From the NCBI GenBank assembly GCA_963707985.1, contig CAVPRW010000008.1, positions 96,001 to 160,000 of the forward strand: a DNA stretch of 64,000 bases, written 5' to 3'. This document shows, in pieces, positions 1 to 12,445 of this stretch; position 1 is the stretch's first letter, and each line of letters opens with the position of its first letter. Under the pieces are notes generated by a model. It had not been told where the DNA came from, did no database searches, and saw nothing but the letters and a program-made list of their open reading frames with translations. The stretch is from an uncultured Nitrospinota bacterium. Lineage in GTDB: Bacteria; Tectomicrobia; Entotheonellia; J063; CAVPRW01. The translations under genes were made by a program, and so were the position numbers.

Positions 1-268
<268 letters not shown>

Positions 269-435
269 TTAGCTCCCACATCGTGCCCGAGTCGTTAGCA
301 TGACAAAGACGAGAGCTTCCAGGTGCTAACCTGCGGTCCTATCGTAGCAAATCTTCGGAATACTGTAAAGGGACGGCAGGGCGGGTGGCACAGAGCCAGC
401 CACGATCCCCAGAGGCCTCTAAGTCCGTGAATCAG

Positions 436-450
436 GCATGTTTCGTGCCA
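436..450 (-). promoter_or_regulatory. sigma54 (-24/-12) promoter upstream of glnB
   Basis: Minus strand TGGCACGAAACATGC, GG-N10-GC spacing; weak NtrC-like site TGCACC-N5-TGATGAA near 537-554. Confidence 0.6.
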
Positions 451-653
451 GCCATGCCACCGTAGCCTTGACTGTCGCTATTCGCGGCGGCGAGCGCCCC
501 CATAGTTTCAGCGGCGAGATGCAGCATCGATCTGGATGCACCCGTAGTGATGAAAGGTTGGGCAGTACGCATGATGGACCGCCGAAATGTCAGGCAGGAC
601 AAGTACGCTTGAAGGACCAAATAACCAACGCAAGCGCCTATGCTCGCTCGCGA

Positions 654-682
654 GGCGGGAGGGTTGCTCCGACCCTCCCGCC
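654..682 (-). terminator. GC-rich hairpin immediately downstream of groEL
   Basis: GGCGGGAGGGT-N7-ACCCTCCCGCC perfect 11-bp stem; no clear U-tract. Confidence 0.5.
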
Positions 683-688
683 AGTCGC

Positions 689-2386
<1,698 letters not shown>

Positions 2387-2446
2387 TCACCTGCAACACA
2401 ACGTTGTGATTTCAAGCACTGGTGGGCAAGCATTCGGCTGGATTCT

Positions 2447-2473
2447 TTAGCACTCTCACGTGTAGAGTGCTAA
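2447..2473. promoter_or_regulatory. CIRCE element (HrcA operator)
   Basis: Exact TTAGCACTC-N9-GAGTGCTAA upstream of groEL. Confidence 0.95.
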
Positions 2474-2477
2474 CACA

Positions 2478-2506
2478 AATATACGCATAGCCCCGTGCCT
2501 TGGCAA
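2478..2506 (-). promoter_or_regulatory. sigma70-type promoter for groEL
   Basis: Minus strand TTGCCA-N17-TATATT directly upstream of CIRCE. Confidence 0.7.
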
Positions 2507-2534
2507 GGGAAAAAGTAGCTCGACCAGAAGTGGC

Positions 2535-3809
2535 TCACGGCAACCGCAGCGCTTTCGCGCCGATGTCGGTGCGGTAGTGTACGCCATCCCAACTGATACA
2601 ATGCACTGTCTGGTAGGCACGGTCGAGTGCCTGGCGGAGGTTCGACCCCAGAGCCGTCACTCCCAGGACACGGCCGCCGCTGGTCAGCAGCTGTCCATCG
2701 CGGCGGGCAGTTCCGGCGTGGAACACGGCGACCCCAGGCCCCTGTGCCGCTTGCTCAACGCCAGCAATCGGCTGGCCGCGCTCATACGCCTCGGGATAAC
2801 CACGCGACGCCATGACGACACACACGGCCGCATCGTCTACCAAACGGCACGCCTGGCGCGTTAACGTCCCATCAGTGGTTGCCAGCAAGAGGGGTAAGAG
2901 ATCGCTCTCCAACCGCATCATCAAAACCTGCGCCTCGGGATCGCCAAAGCGGGCGTTGAATTCGATGACCCACAACCGACCCTCGACTAACATCAGCCCC
3001 GCATAGAGCACCCCCTGGAACAGCCGCCCTTCAGCGGCCATAGCGTGTACCGTGGGGCGCATGATTTCGTCCATAATCCGTTCAGAGAGTGCGACATCCA
3101 CCACCGGCACAGGTGAGTAGGCCCCCATCCCACCGGTGTTCGGGCCTTCATCGCCATCGTCGATCGCTTTGTGGTCCTGGCAGACAGGCAACGGCACCAA
3201 TGCGGTCCCATCGGTGAGGGCGAAGAATGACAACTCCTCACCTCGGAGAAACCGCTCAATCACCACCTGGGCCCCAGCCTCGCCAAATACCTTCACCCGC
3301 ATCATCTGATCGATCGCCTCACGGGCGCTGGCTCTGGTCTGACAGACGGTGGCACCCTTGCCCGCCGCCAGTCCATCGGCTTTCACGACAAGCGGAGTCG
3401 GGTGTTGGTCGATATACCTCTCAGCCTGCTGGGGATCGGAGAAGGTTTGAAAAGGCGCGGTGGGAACGCCATACTTAACCATGAGGGATTTGGCAAAGAC
3501 TTTGCTACTTTCAATGATGGCGGCGTGCTGGGTGGGACCAAAGATTGCGTGCCCCTCCTGACGAAACCGATCGACGATGCCGAGCGCCAGAGGAAATTCC
3601 GGGCCAACAACGGTGAAGTCGATGGCAGAATCGTGGGCAAACGCCAGCAAGGAGGTAATGTCGTCGGCGCGGATCGGCACATTCTCTGCCTGCTCGGCCG
3701 TACCGGCATTGCCAGGAGCGCAATAGAGCCGGGAGAGTAGGGGACTTTGGGCTAGCTTCCAGACCAGTGCATGTTCACGTCCACCGCTGCCGATGACCAA
3801 GACCTTCAT
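2535..3809 (-). CDS. purD: phosphoribosylamine--glycine ligase
   Basis: MKVLVIGSGGREHAL, VVKADGLAAGKG, GPNTGGMGAY, EFNARFGDPE. Confidence 0.98.
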   Translation of the reverse strand: MKVLVIGSGGREHALVWKLAQSPLLSRLYCAPGNAGTAEQAENVPIRADDITSLLAFAHDSAIDFTVVGPEFPLALGIVDRFRQEGHAIFGPTQHAAIIESSKVFAKSLMVKYGVPTAPFQTFSDPQQAERYIDQHPTPLVVKADGLAAGKGATVCQTRASAREAIDQMMRVKVFGEAGAQVVIERFLRGEELSFFALTDGTALVPLPVCQDHKAIDDGDEGPNTGGMGAYSPVPVVDVALSERIMDEIMRPTVHAMAAEGRLFQGVLYAGLMLVEGRLWVIEFNARFGDPEAQVLMMRLESDLLPLLLATTDGTLTRQACRLVDDAAVCVVMASRGYPEAYERGQPIAGVEQAAQGPGVAVFHAGTARRDGQLLTSGGRVLGVTALGSNLRQALDRAYQTVHCISWDGVHYRTDIGAKALRLP

Positions 3810-3844
3810 GGGCCTCCCCCACCAGGATCGATGTACCCAGCCTG

Positions 3845-5422
3845 CTAATGCTTGAAATGCCGGATGCCGGTGAGCACCATGGCCAGACCATGTTCGTCTG
3901 CCGCCTGTGCTACCTCAGCATCGCGAATAGAGCCCCCTGGATGTGCCAGCGCGGTCACCCCGGCCTTGGCTGCTTCGTCGACCCCATCACGAAAGGGGAA
4001 AAAGGCATCGGACGCCAGTACCGTTCCGGCCGTCGGCAGTAACGCTTTCATCACCGCCAATTTCACCGAGTCGACCCGGCTCATCTGGCCAGCGCCAATG
4101 CCCACCGTCTGCCCGGCATGGGCTAGCACAATGGCGTTGGATTTGACATGCTTTGAGACGCGCCAGGCGAAATCCAGTCCGGACCACTCTTCCGCAGTCG
4201 GTTGTCGTGCGCTGACGACCTGTAATTTCGTGGGGTCCCAGCTCTGGGCGTCGCGGGCCTGCAGCAGCAGGCCTCCCGTGATACTGCGACTCTCGGAGGG
4301 GTTGAGGCTCAGGGAGCCGAGCTCGGGGAGGGCTAAGAGTCGAAGATTCTCGCGGCGCTGCAAGCCTGCTAGCGCTTCATCCGTGAATCCAGGTGCGATG
4401 ATGGCTTCTACTAATAAACCTCTTGTGGCCCGGAGCATCGAACCATCGAACGGGCGATTGACTCCGATGATGCCGCCATAGGCAGACACAGGATCGCAGG
4501 CGCGCGCACGTTCGAATGCCTCCACGAGAGAGCCCCCGAGTCCCACGCCACAAGGATTGGTATGTTTGACGATGCAGCAGGCAGGACTCTCGGGAAACTC
4601 CAACACCAGCCCCAGGGCTGCATTGAGATCCAAGAGATTGGTGTAGGAGAGGGCTCTACCCTGCAGCTGCTGTGCCTCGGCGAGCGACAGACCGTGACTG
4701 AGGCGGTCACGATAAAACGCCGCGGCCTGATGCGGATTTTCGCCGTAACGTAAATCCTGAACTTTGCTGAAGGTCAATGTCAATGTCTCTGGGAACACAC
4801 GACCATTCGACCTCGCATCGAGCTGCCAAGGGGGTTGATCTTGGGAGAGATAGGCAGCGATGAGAGCATCGTATTGAGCCGTATGGGCGAAGGCCTTCTG
4901 GGCAAGCTGCCAGCGCCGCTCGGTCGTGACGAGACCGGTGGCGCGAAGATCATTGAGGACAGGCGTGTAATCCGCAGGGTCGACCAGCACTGCTACCGAC
5001 TGATAATTCTTCGCTGCCGCCCGCACGAGGGTTGGGCCCCCGATGTCGATCTGCTCCAGAGCTTCCTCACGTGCCACATCTGGACGAGCGATGATCTCGG
5101 CAAAGGGGTAGAGGTTGACTGCAACCAAGTCAATCGGCTCGATGCCATGAGTGGCCAGAGCGCTCTGATGGGCGGGATTGTCGCGCTTTGCCAGGATACC
5201 GCCGTGAATGCGGGGGTGCAGCGTCTTCACGCGTCCATCTAAGATCTCCGGGAAACCCGTGTAGTCAGACACCGCCACCACCGGTATCCCAGCCGCCTGC
5301 AATAGGGTGGCCGTCCCGCCCGTGGAGAGGAGCTGTACACCTAGGGTGTGTAACGCCTTGGCAAAGTCGACAATTCCCTCCTTCTGCGATACACTGAGCA
5401 ATGCGCGTAGAATGCACCCCAT
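3845..5422 (-). CDS. purH: bifunctional AICAR transformylase/IMP cyclohydrolase
   Basis: GRVKTLHP, LRYGENPHQ, KHTNPCG, SDAFFPF, TGIRHFKH. Confidence 0.98.
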   Translation of the reverse strand: MGCILRALLSVSQKEGIVDFAKALHTLGVQLLSTGGTATLLQAAGIPVVAVSDYTGFPEILDGRVKTLHPRIHGGILAKRDNPAHQSALATHGIEPIDLVAVNLYPFAEIIARPDVAREEALEQIDIGGPTLVRAAAKNYQSVAVLVDPADYTPVLNDLRATGLVTTERRWQLAQKAFAHTAQYDALIAAYLSQDQPPWQLDARSNGRVFPETLTLTFSKVQDLRYGENPHQAAAFYRDRLSHGLSLAEAQQLQGRALSYTNLLDLNAALGLVLEFPESPACCIVKHTNPCGVGLGGSLVEAFERARACDPVSAYGGIIGVNRPFDGSMLRATRGLLVEAIIAPGFTDEALAGLQRRENLRLLALPELGSLSLNPSESRSITGGLLLQARDAQSWDPTKLQVVSARQPTAEEWSGLDFAWRVSKHVKSNAIVLAHAGQTVGIGAGQMSRVDSVKLAVMKALLPTAGTVLASDAFFPFRDGVDEAAKAGVTALAHPGGSIRDAEVAQAADEHGLAMVLTGIRHFKH

Positions 5423-5434
5423 AAGATAGCTCCC

Positions 5435-6175
5435 CTAGCCTAAATCACCGAATCGATGCTGGAGCAAGGCAACGGCTACCACTGCTGCAGTCTCGGTCCG
5501 CAAGATGCGCTTCCCTAAGCCTGTGGGCAGGAAGCCATAGGCTTCCCCGCATGCCACTTCCTGCGCCGTCAAGCCCCCCTCTGGCCCAACGACCACAGCC
5601 ACCGACGCCACCGGCGCAGATCCTGCCAGGACGGTGCGCAGGAGCCGTCTCTCCTCCCCCTCCCACAACACCAGCTTGAGCTCGGAACTTTGGCAGGAGA
5701 CAAAAAACGCCTGCACCGGCATTGGCGCTCGCAAGTGCGGCACGGTTGCACGCCCACTTTGTTTACAGGCCTCGCGGGCAAGCTTCTCCCAACGGTCGAT
5801 TTTCCTAGCCATGTGGGCCCCGGAGAGGTGTGGTATGACTCGTTCGGTGATGAGTGGCGCAATGTCCGACACGCCCAACTCAGTTGTCTTCTGGATGACC
5901 CAGTCGAATTTTTCAGCTTTCGGTAAACCCTGCCCTAAGATAATAGAGGTGGATGGAGAGGCTTGCGGTGTAGCGTCAAAAAGAATTCTACAGACAACTC
6001 CTCCGGTGTCCAGACCCTCGACCACGGTCACATATTCGTGACCACTGCCATCAAAGACGATAACCTGCGCACCCGGCCCCAATCTGAGGACGCGTACCAA
6101 GTGGTCTGCTTCATCGCCCCGCAGGCGTAGCTCTTGAGTGCCGACATCATCCGGTCGCACGAAAAAACGGCGCAT
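5435..6175 (-). CDS. rsmE: 16S rRNA m3U1498 methyltransferase
   Basis: HLVRVLRL, KTTELGV, GPEGG, RILRTETAA. Confidence 0.95.
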   Translation of the reverse strand: MRRFFVRPDDVGTQELRLRGDEADHLVRVLRLGPGAQVIVFDGSGHEYVTVVEGLDTGGVVCRILFDATPQASPSTSIILGQGLPKAEKFDWVIQKTTELGVSDIAPLITERVIPHLSGAHMARKIDRWEKLAREACKQSGRATVPHLRAPMPVQAFFVSCQSSELKLVLWEGEERRLLRTVLAGSAPVASVAVVVGPEGGLTAQEVACGEAYGFLPTGLGKRILRTETAAVVAVALLQHRFGDLG

Positions 6176-6181
6176 GGCGCC

Positions 6182-7129
6182 TCAGGCCTCTTCACAGATG
6201 ACTGCAGTCCATTCCTCCTGCGATACCTGGTGGGTGATGCGCCATCCGTGCGTCAAGATGCCGGACCGTAATTGTGGGACTTCCGCGCTGAGAATGCCCG
6301 ATAGCACGACGACACCACCAGGTACGATGGCGGTGTGGAGAGGCTCCAGCATGGCGAGAATCGGCTCTAGCAAAATATTGGCCACTACGATGTCGAATCG
6401 GTCTGTGACCATCTCCAGGGAGCCAGCCGTAAAACTCGTCTGCTTCGAGAGTTGGTTCAGCCGCGCATTGACGCGGGCCACCCAGACGGCCAAGCGATCG
6501 AGATCAATACCGAATGCCGCGGCACAGCCGAATAACACGCCAGCCAGGCTGAGGATCCCGCTGCCACAACCGACGTCGAGAAGACGTCCGCCAGATCGCA
6601 GGCCAATGATCGTCTCCAGGGAGACGAGGCACAGTTGCGTCGTCGCGTGCAGGCCGGTTCCAAAGGCTTGTCCAGGGTTGAGCGTCAAGACCAACTCATC
6701 AGTAGCCGCGGCATAAGGCTCCCAGGGAGGACGTATGACCAACCGCTTGCCAAGCTTGAAGGGACGGTAGAAGCGTTTCCACTGCTCGACCCAGGCACCC
6801 CCATCGATCACCTGCATAGACAGCATCGGTTGAGCACTACTGCCTGCGCAAAGATCGTCGAGCGCACGTCGTACTTCGGCCAAGAGTCGCTCGCTGATCT
6901 GCTCCATGGGAAAGGCGGCGATCACCTTCGTCATTTCTCCGGCTTGTCCAACAGAAGTTTCGCCTGACCGCTGCAGGCCTTCCTGGACGACTCCGGGAGA
7001 ACCAAGCGCCACCAGAGTTTCTCCTAAGGTCTCGGCGCTAGCCGACGGTAGCGTCATCGTCAGCTCAAGCCATTGTCCGCCGCGGCCGAGAGGAGCTTTA
7101 AATCGCTGGAGAGGAGACTTATGGGCCAT
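6182..7129 (-). CDS. prmA: ribosomal protein L11 methyltransferase
   Basis: PGQAFGTGLHATT, LDVGCGSGILS, VVANIL; start codon uncertain. Confidence 0.92.
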   Translation of the reverse strand: MAHKSPLQRFKAPLGRGGQWLELTMTLPSASAETLGETLVALGSPGVVQEGLQRSGETSVGQAGEMTKVIAAFPMEQISERLLAEVRRALDDLCAGSSAQPMLSMQVIDGGAWVEQWKRFYRPFKLGKRLVIRPPWEPYAAATDELVLTLNPGQAFGTGLHATTQLCLVSLETIIGLRSGGRLLDVGCGSGILSLAGVLFGCAAAFGIDLDRLAVWVARVNARLNQLSKQTSFTAGSLEMVTDRFDIVVANILLEPILAMLEPLHTAIVPGGVVVLSGILSAEVPQLRSGILTHGWRITHQVSQEEWTAVICEEA

Positions 7130-7427
7130 GCCCCCATAATAGTCTGGAGCTGTGACGGGCGTCAAGGATCTCGGCCAGATGCTTGGGCTCATCCACCATT
7201 CCGGGGTTACAGGAAGCGCCTCACACCGGCCCGTCTCTTCTGTGAGCTGCGCAGCCGGCCAGCAGGGAGGGGATCATTGCGACAAGCAGTGACATCTGAT
7301 AGATTATTAACCGCTTCTCCCAAGGGCAAAACGTTTTCTCAACATTCAACGACAACCCTGTCCGGACTGGCCGCTGGGTCGTTACCAGGATTTCTATCGT
7401 GCAGGGAGCCACGAACGGAGGGGGACG

Positions 7428-8651
7428 ATGGACGATCCAAAATTACGCCCAATCGAAGCGTTCCCGGTTGATCTTGGCGGACGTCAGGCGATCTGCCTGA
7501 GAGACCCAACGCAACTAGCTGATGAGGCGGTGTTTGTCCCACCAGAGGCACTCTTCATTCTCGCTCATTTTGATGGCAGGCATGCCATCCTCGACATTCA
7601 GGAAGCCTACACCCGCCAGTTCGGCCGATTACTCTCAAGCGATGCCATCAAAGGGCTTATCGCCAAGCTGGATGCGTCTCTCTTGCTGGACAACGAACGC
7701 TTCAAGGCACACAAGCAACAGCTGGTTGCGGCCTTTCACGCCTCCCCTGTCCGCCATGCCGCCCATGCGGGCACCGCCTATGAAGCCGATCCGACCGCGC
7801 TTGGCGACCAACTCGCCGGGTATTTCGCTGATCCTGCGGGCCCTGGGACTGGTGCAGCACTGACGATCGACGGGACGGTCCAGGGCATTCTCGCGCCGCA
7901 CATCGACCCACGTCGTGGGGGACCATGTTTCGCCTGGGCCTATGAGGCCATCCGCCAGGTGAGAGCTGACCTATTCGTGATTTTTGGCACCGCGCACCAA
8001 CCGACCTCTGTGCCATTCCCGCTCACGTTGAAAGACTATGCGACGCCGCTTGGGATCGTGGAGACAGACAAGGCATTTGTGCGGGCCCTGGCGCGGCGCT
8101 ATGCCACTGACCTCCTGTCGGATGAGTGGGCGCATCGTTCGGAACACTCTATCGAATTTCAGGTCCTCTTTTTACAGCACATCCTTGGTCCGGCACGAAA
8201 GTTTCGGGTCGTGCCGATCCTGGTTGGCTCCTTCCACGAGTGTGTGGAACGCCAGATCAATCCAGCTGAGATGGTCCACATCGCGGATTTCATCCAGGCC
8301 ATCCGGGAGGTCTCAAACGCGTGCAACGAGCCCGCGTGCTTTATCGTTGGTGGGGATTTGGCCCATGTGGGGATGAAATTCGGAGATCAGGGACAATTGA
8401 CCCCGGCGTTTCTCGATCAAGTGGCCCAGGACGATCAGGCCTTACTCGCCGCCGCTGCTCGAATGGACGCGGAAGGCTTCTTCCAAGTCATCGCCGAGCA
8501 TCATGACCGGCGGCGAATCTGTGGTTTTCCGCCAACGTACCTGTTACTCAGTACAATGCCTGCCACTGCTGGAACGCTGCTTAAATACAACCAAGCCGTT
8601 GAGCCCGCCACGCAATCGATGGTCTCCTATGCCAGTGTGGTCTTTCATTAA
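7428..8651 (+). CDS. AmmeMemoRadiSam system protein B (MEMO1 family) with N-terminal extension
   Basis: AHAGTAY, APHID, EHSIEFQ, GDLAHVG, ICG motifs. Confidence 0.85.
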   Translation: MDDPKLRPIEAFPVDLGGRQAICLRDPTQLADEAVFVPPEALFILAHFDGRHAILDIQEAYTRQFGRLLSSDAIKGLIAKLDASLLLDNERFKAHKQQLVAAFHASPVRHAAHAGTAYEADPTALGDQLAGYFADPAGPGTGAALTIDGTVQGILAPHIDPRRGGPCFAWAYEAIRQVRADLFVIFGTAHQPTSVPFPLTLKDYATPLGIVETDKAFVRALARRYATDLLSDEWAHRSEHSIEFQVLFLQHILGPARKFRVVPILVGSFHECVERQINPAEMVHIADFIQAIREVSNACNEPACFIVGGDLAHVGMKFGDQGQLTPAFLDQVAQDDQALLAAAARMDAEGFFQVIAEHHDRRRICGFPPTYLLLSTMPATAGTLLKYNQAVEPATQSMVSYASVVFH

Positions 8652-8663
8652 GGGGGAAGCACG

Positions 8664-9128
8664 ATGGCTGGCCACATTCGGGCAAGTGGAGTGATCATCT
8701 ACTATCTCGATCAGAACGAGCCCCATTTTTTGCTGCTCCGCAGCCGACGCGATCGTTCCTGGGGATTTCCAAAGGGGCACCTCCTCGAAGGCGAAGATTT
8801 GCTGGGTGGGGCCATGCGGGAGCTCTGGGAGGAGACTGGCATTCGCGAGCCCAGCCTGCTGCCAGGCTTCACCGAACATGTCACCTACCGTGTGAATCGC
8901 GGTGGGCGATTTCGCCAGAAGACCGTTACCTATTTCCTCGGCCGCGTCGAGACGCCATCGGTGCGACTGTCTGAGGAACATAGCGAACACCGCTGGGCAA
9001 TCGTCGAAGATGCTAGGAAGACGCTGACGTTCGAGAATCTTCGCAGTCTGGTGACGCGTGCCTGGATGATCGTGGCGCCGCTGCCACCGTCGCGTGAGGC
9101 AGAAAGTTCCCCCCTGTCCCAACAGTAA
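8664..9128 (+). CDS. NUDIX hydrolase (Ap4A hydrolase-like)
   Basis: WGFPKGHLLEGEDLLGGAMRELWEETGI Nudix box; LSEEH. Confidence 0.85.
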   Translation: MAGHIRASGVIIYYLDQNEPHFLLLRSRRDRSWGFPKGHLLEGEDLLGGAMRELWEETGIREPSLLPGFTEHVTYRVNRGGRFRQKTVTYFLGRVETPSVRLSEEHSEHRWAIVEDARKTLTFENLRSLVTRAWMIVAPLPPSREAESSPLSQQ

Positions 9129-9450
9129 CTGACGCTTTGTGGCCCGAGCCCTCGTCGTTCTCCTATAGAAGCCCCAGCCAGCTTCCCCCAGCCTTTGCAA
9201 ACGATGGCGTGATTCTTGTGAAAGTTCCAGAGCAGTGGTTAGCGGTGCTTCCCCAGGTGTCAAGCGCCACTACCTTTGGACAGGTGGTGACGTCTCATGA
9301 ATGGCAACCGTTGATGCGGAACGTGAAAATCAAGGCGGTCAAGGTGCCATAAAGTTGTGTATGATACGTGGCGCATGTTTGCTTGTCCGGGTGCGACTTG
9401 CGCCACTGGTTCAAGATGGATGGATGCCCATGAACGGCTGTCAGCATACG

Positions 9451-10029
9451 ATGTATCGGATAGGCTGGCTCGGGTTGATGCTGGTGACGAGTATTGCGAC
9501 AGCCTGGGCGCACATCGATATCGAGCCAAAAGCGACAATCCCCAGCCGGTGGGAGACGTTCATCCTGAGCGTCCCCACGGAAACTGCAGCCCCAACGGTA
9601 GAAGTCCAATTATCGATTCCAGAAGGCTTTGAGGTGGAAGCCGTCGGACACCGGACCGATTGGCATATGGCACTGCACCGTGATGCACGCGGGTTTGTGC
9701 GCGAGATCGTCTGGTCTGGTGGACAGCTTCCGCCGCTCACCTTCGATGAGTTCAAACTCTTGGCTAAGGCCGCGCAATCCCCCGGTGCGTATGAGTGGCT
9801 AGCTCGGCAACGCTATGCCGACGATCAGCAAAGCACCTGGACGTTGCGCACGCTCGTGCAGGTCGAAGGCAGCGGGCTGCCGACTCAAAAAATCGAAGAA
9901 GCCCTCAAAACCGCACAAGTCGCCATGACTGTCAGCTTCCTTGCCGTCGGCGTAGCAACCATCTTAATCGTGGTGACTCTGATCGCCGTCTGGCGTGGGA
10001 TACCAGGGAAGGGACGGCTGGACGGATGA
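9451..10029 (+). CDS. YcnI/DUF1775-like copper-binding membrane-anchored protein
   Basis: Signal peptide ending AWA|H, VPTE motif, IVWSGG, C-terminal TM helix; start uncertain. Confidence 0.7.
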   Translation: MYRIGWLGLMLVTSIATAWAHIDIEPKATIPSRWETFILSVPTETAAPTVEVQLSIPEGFEVEAVGHRTDWHMALHRDARGFVREIVWSGGQLPPLTFDEFKLLAKAAQSPGAYEWLARQRYADDQQSTWTLRTLVQVEGSGLPTQKIEEALKTAQVAMTVSFLAVGVATILIVVTLIAVWRGIPGKGRLDG

Positions 10030-10523
10030 GGCTCTTTGTTGAGTATTGGAGTACCCTGCTGCATTTGTTCGGACTGTTACTACTTGCCGGGGGGCATCTG
10101 TGGCTGGCCGTGTGCTCAGTGAAAGCTGAGCAGTCCGCCTTCGATTACGGGCAGCGCTTCTTGCTCGAGCTCCTACCGACCATCTCAACGCTCTTTGGGG
10201 TAGGGGTGCTCCTATTGTTTGCCAGTGGCATGGCCAAGCTCCTGCTCTGGTACGAGCCGGGCTTTATCTTCCTGCCGCTGCCGTATGGCTGGATTCTCCT
10301 CATAAAGCTCGTGCTCTATATGGCTATCGTAGTCAACGGCATCTGGATCGAGCGCCGACACATGGTGCGGCTGGGCAAGCTCGGGCTGCCTGAGGTAGGT
10401 GATCGTATCAGCACTGAACTGGCGACTACATGGGAGGCGTTGCAACGACAGGCGCGACTGAATTTTGTCCTCATCATGGTGGTCGTGGCCTTCGGCGAGA
10501 CTCTCCGGTTTGCCAAGATGTGA
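10026..10523 (+). CDS. CopD-like 4-TM membrane protein
   Basis: LLHLFG, PYGWILLIKL motif; ATGA-coupled to upstream gene. Confidence 0.55.
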   Translation: MRLFVEYWSTLLHLFGLLLLAGGHLWLAVCSVKAEQSAFDYGQRFLLELLPTISTLFGVGVLLLFASGMAKLLLWYEPGFIFLPLPYGWILLIKLVLYMAIVVNGIWIERRHMVRLGKLGLPEVGDRISTELATTWEALQRQARLNFVLIMVVVAFGETLRFAKM

Positions 10524-10539
10524 GGAGCTGAGAGGACCG

Positions 10540-11133
10540 ATGTCGGGGATGTTGGCATGGCTGCATCTAGCGCTGGGGAGTATCGCGTTGCTGGGAATTG
10601 TTGCGATGCCAGCCAGGGCACATCATGGCGGACTAGGGATCGAGGGCGATATCATCGCCTGGTCGTTGAAGGTTGACCAATGGCAACAAGAGAGTTTTGT
10701 CAATGGCTATCGCATTAAATTCCTGGCCTACCCCCGCAATGCCATCGCCAACCGATCGACGCGACTAGTGTTTGAGGTCCAGTCCGTTGCCTCCGGGCAT
10801 TATATCGGAGGACTGATAGCCGAGGTAATCATTCGCTTTCCGACAGCCGAGGAGCAGGTGTTTGCCGCACCCGAAATCCCCGGCGTGACCGCCTACTACG
10901 AGCTTTCCTATACGTTTCCGACACCCGGTGAATATACTGTCGTCTTTCGAACGCAGGCGAATAGCCAGGAAGTGACAGCGGCCTTTGCTCAACTGGTGTC
11001 GGCCAACCCGCTCTTCGGTGATTGGACTACGATAGTGGGAAATGGTGTCGTGCTTGTCGCTTTCATCGTCACTTGGCTCGGCGCGGTCCTCACTTTGCAA
11101 CGGCGTCTCCTGCCGGATGTCATGCCATTTTGA
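10540..11133 (+). CDS. exported membrane-anchored protein (YtkA/FixH-like Ig fold)
   Basis: Signal peptide ARA|HHGG, YTFPTPGEYTVVF, C-terminal TM. Confidence 0.5.
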   Translation: MSGMLAWLHLALGSIALLGIVAMPARAHHGGLGIEGDIIAWSLKVDQWQQESFVNGYRIKFLAYPRNAIANRSTRLVFEVQSVASGHYIGGLIAEVIIRFPTAEEQVFAAPEIPGVTAYYELSYTFPTPGEYTVVFRTQANSQEVTAAFAQLVSANPLFGDWTTIVGNGVVLVAFIVTWLGAVLTLQRRLLPDVMPF

Positions 11134-11265
11134 ATGTTTATATGCAGAGAGCCATGCCTAGAGCGCTTGGGGTTGGCAGCGGAGCAGCCCCCGTTTCACA
11201 GCCTGTGTAGCCTATACTCCATTAGCTTTGACTGGTGCTGCTCCGCTGCCATGGCTGTTCTGCGG

Positions 11266-11649
11266 CTAAGCCGTGCCAGCCATGAGCGATTTCTGGGTCG
11301 CCCGGTCAAGTTTGCCTGTCTTCGGTAAGTGGTGTGCTGCCTGATAGTCGCGGAGCGCTTCCCGAGTCTTGGGGCCCATGTGCCCGTCCACGGGGCCGGG
11401 ATCAAATCCCGCCGCTTTCAATTGCTCTTGAGCCTGACTGACCTTCTTACCCCCGCTGCTGGTCGATTTGTGGTGCTTTTTGGCCAACCGGTTATCTTCC
11501 TCGACCATGTCGGCCGTCGCATCAGATGTTTCCCCCCATCCGAGCGACGGCAGGCTGAGTGCCCCGAGGGCCAGCCCCAGCAACCCACCGAACTTCAAGA
11601 ACTTGCGACGTGAGAGATCCACCTCATGCTGCGCCTCGTGCTTCATCAT
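11266..11649 (-). CDS. Tat-exported peptidoglycan-binding domain protein
   Basis: SRRKFLK twin-arginine signal; QEQLKAAGFDPGPVDGHMGPKTREALRDYQ PG_binding_1 motif; RBS AAGGAG. Confidence 0.8.
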   Translation of the reverse strand: MMKHEAQHEVDLSRRKFLKFGGLLGLALGALSLPSLGWGETSDATADMVEEDNRLAKKHHKSTSSGGKKVSQAQEQLKAAGFDPGPVDGHMGPKTREALRDYQAAHHLPKTGKLDRATQKSLMAGTA

Positions 11650-12014
11650 CCGCTCCTTTCGTACGGCACAAGCGATCCTGGCAGTCACGGCCTGGTCTGA
11701 CAGGTCCCAAACATTTGGGTAAAGCCAATTCCCTTGCATGGTGGGTGGCATGCTGTCCCGCCTCGACGACATGGCCAGATATCCGCCGCTGGTACCACAT
11801 GTGAGACGATGCTCTCTGGCTAAAGCCATAGGATTGCGCCCTATGCGGGTATGCCGGGGCGTGTAACGGGCCTTCACGGAAGGTTGACAGAGGACAGACA
11901 GTAACCGAGGAAAGTAGCTAGACAAGTTGGGGGGAGAAAACATCAAAATGGCCATGGGTGGTCCCGAAGGGGATATGCGCTCAGCCCACCAGCACATCCC
12001 ATTCTAGCGCGCCA

Positions 12015-12338
12015 ATGGAGCTTGTAAAGGAAATTGTTGCATCCACTGCCGAGTGGGAGCACTTGCTTGATCTGCCGTGGCATCTTCGGTACGCTGCCGA
12101 AGCAGTCCTATCGGTCGGGCTGAAGGCATGGCTGGAAGCAGTGCAAACCATGATGCGGGCAGCATTGGTCCTGACACGTCAGCGCCCCGACGAGCTACTC
12201 TCTCCGATAACCCTGGATGCCTGGGAGGAGCGACCACGCACGCCTAGTAACGCTGGGAACACGCAGGCATTACAGGTGACCGACGCCGACAAGATCGAGG
12301 AGGAGATCGCACAAGAGACGCTGTCGTCCTATCGGTAG
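12015..12338 (+). CDS. hypothetical protein
   Basis: ORF filling an intergenic gap; no recognised motif. Confidence 0.35.
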   Translation: MELVKEIVASTAEWEHLLDLPWHLRYAAEAVLSVGLKAWLEAVQTMMRAALVLTRQRPDELLSPITLDAWEERPRTPSNAGNTQALQVTDADKIEEEIAQETLSSYR

Positions 12339-12445
12339 AGGCCGTCCGTCCAGCAAGCGGCTGGGGGCGTGTCCCTGGTCCATTCCAAGATCGATGAGTA
12401 TCGATAAAGCCTACCGCCATAGAGGCCATAGATCGAGACGGAAAG

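Noticed and set aside
11880..11940. GAGGAAAGT resembling the RNase P RNA start
   Set aside because: Lacks GAGGAAAGTCC and the other universal RNase P motifs
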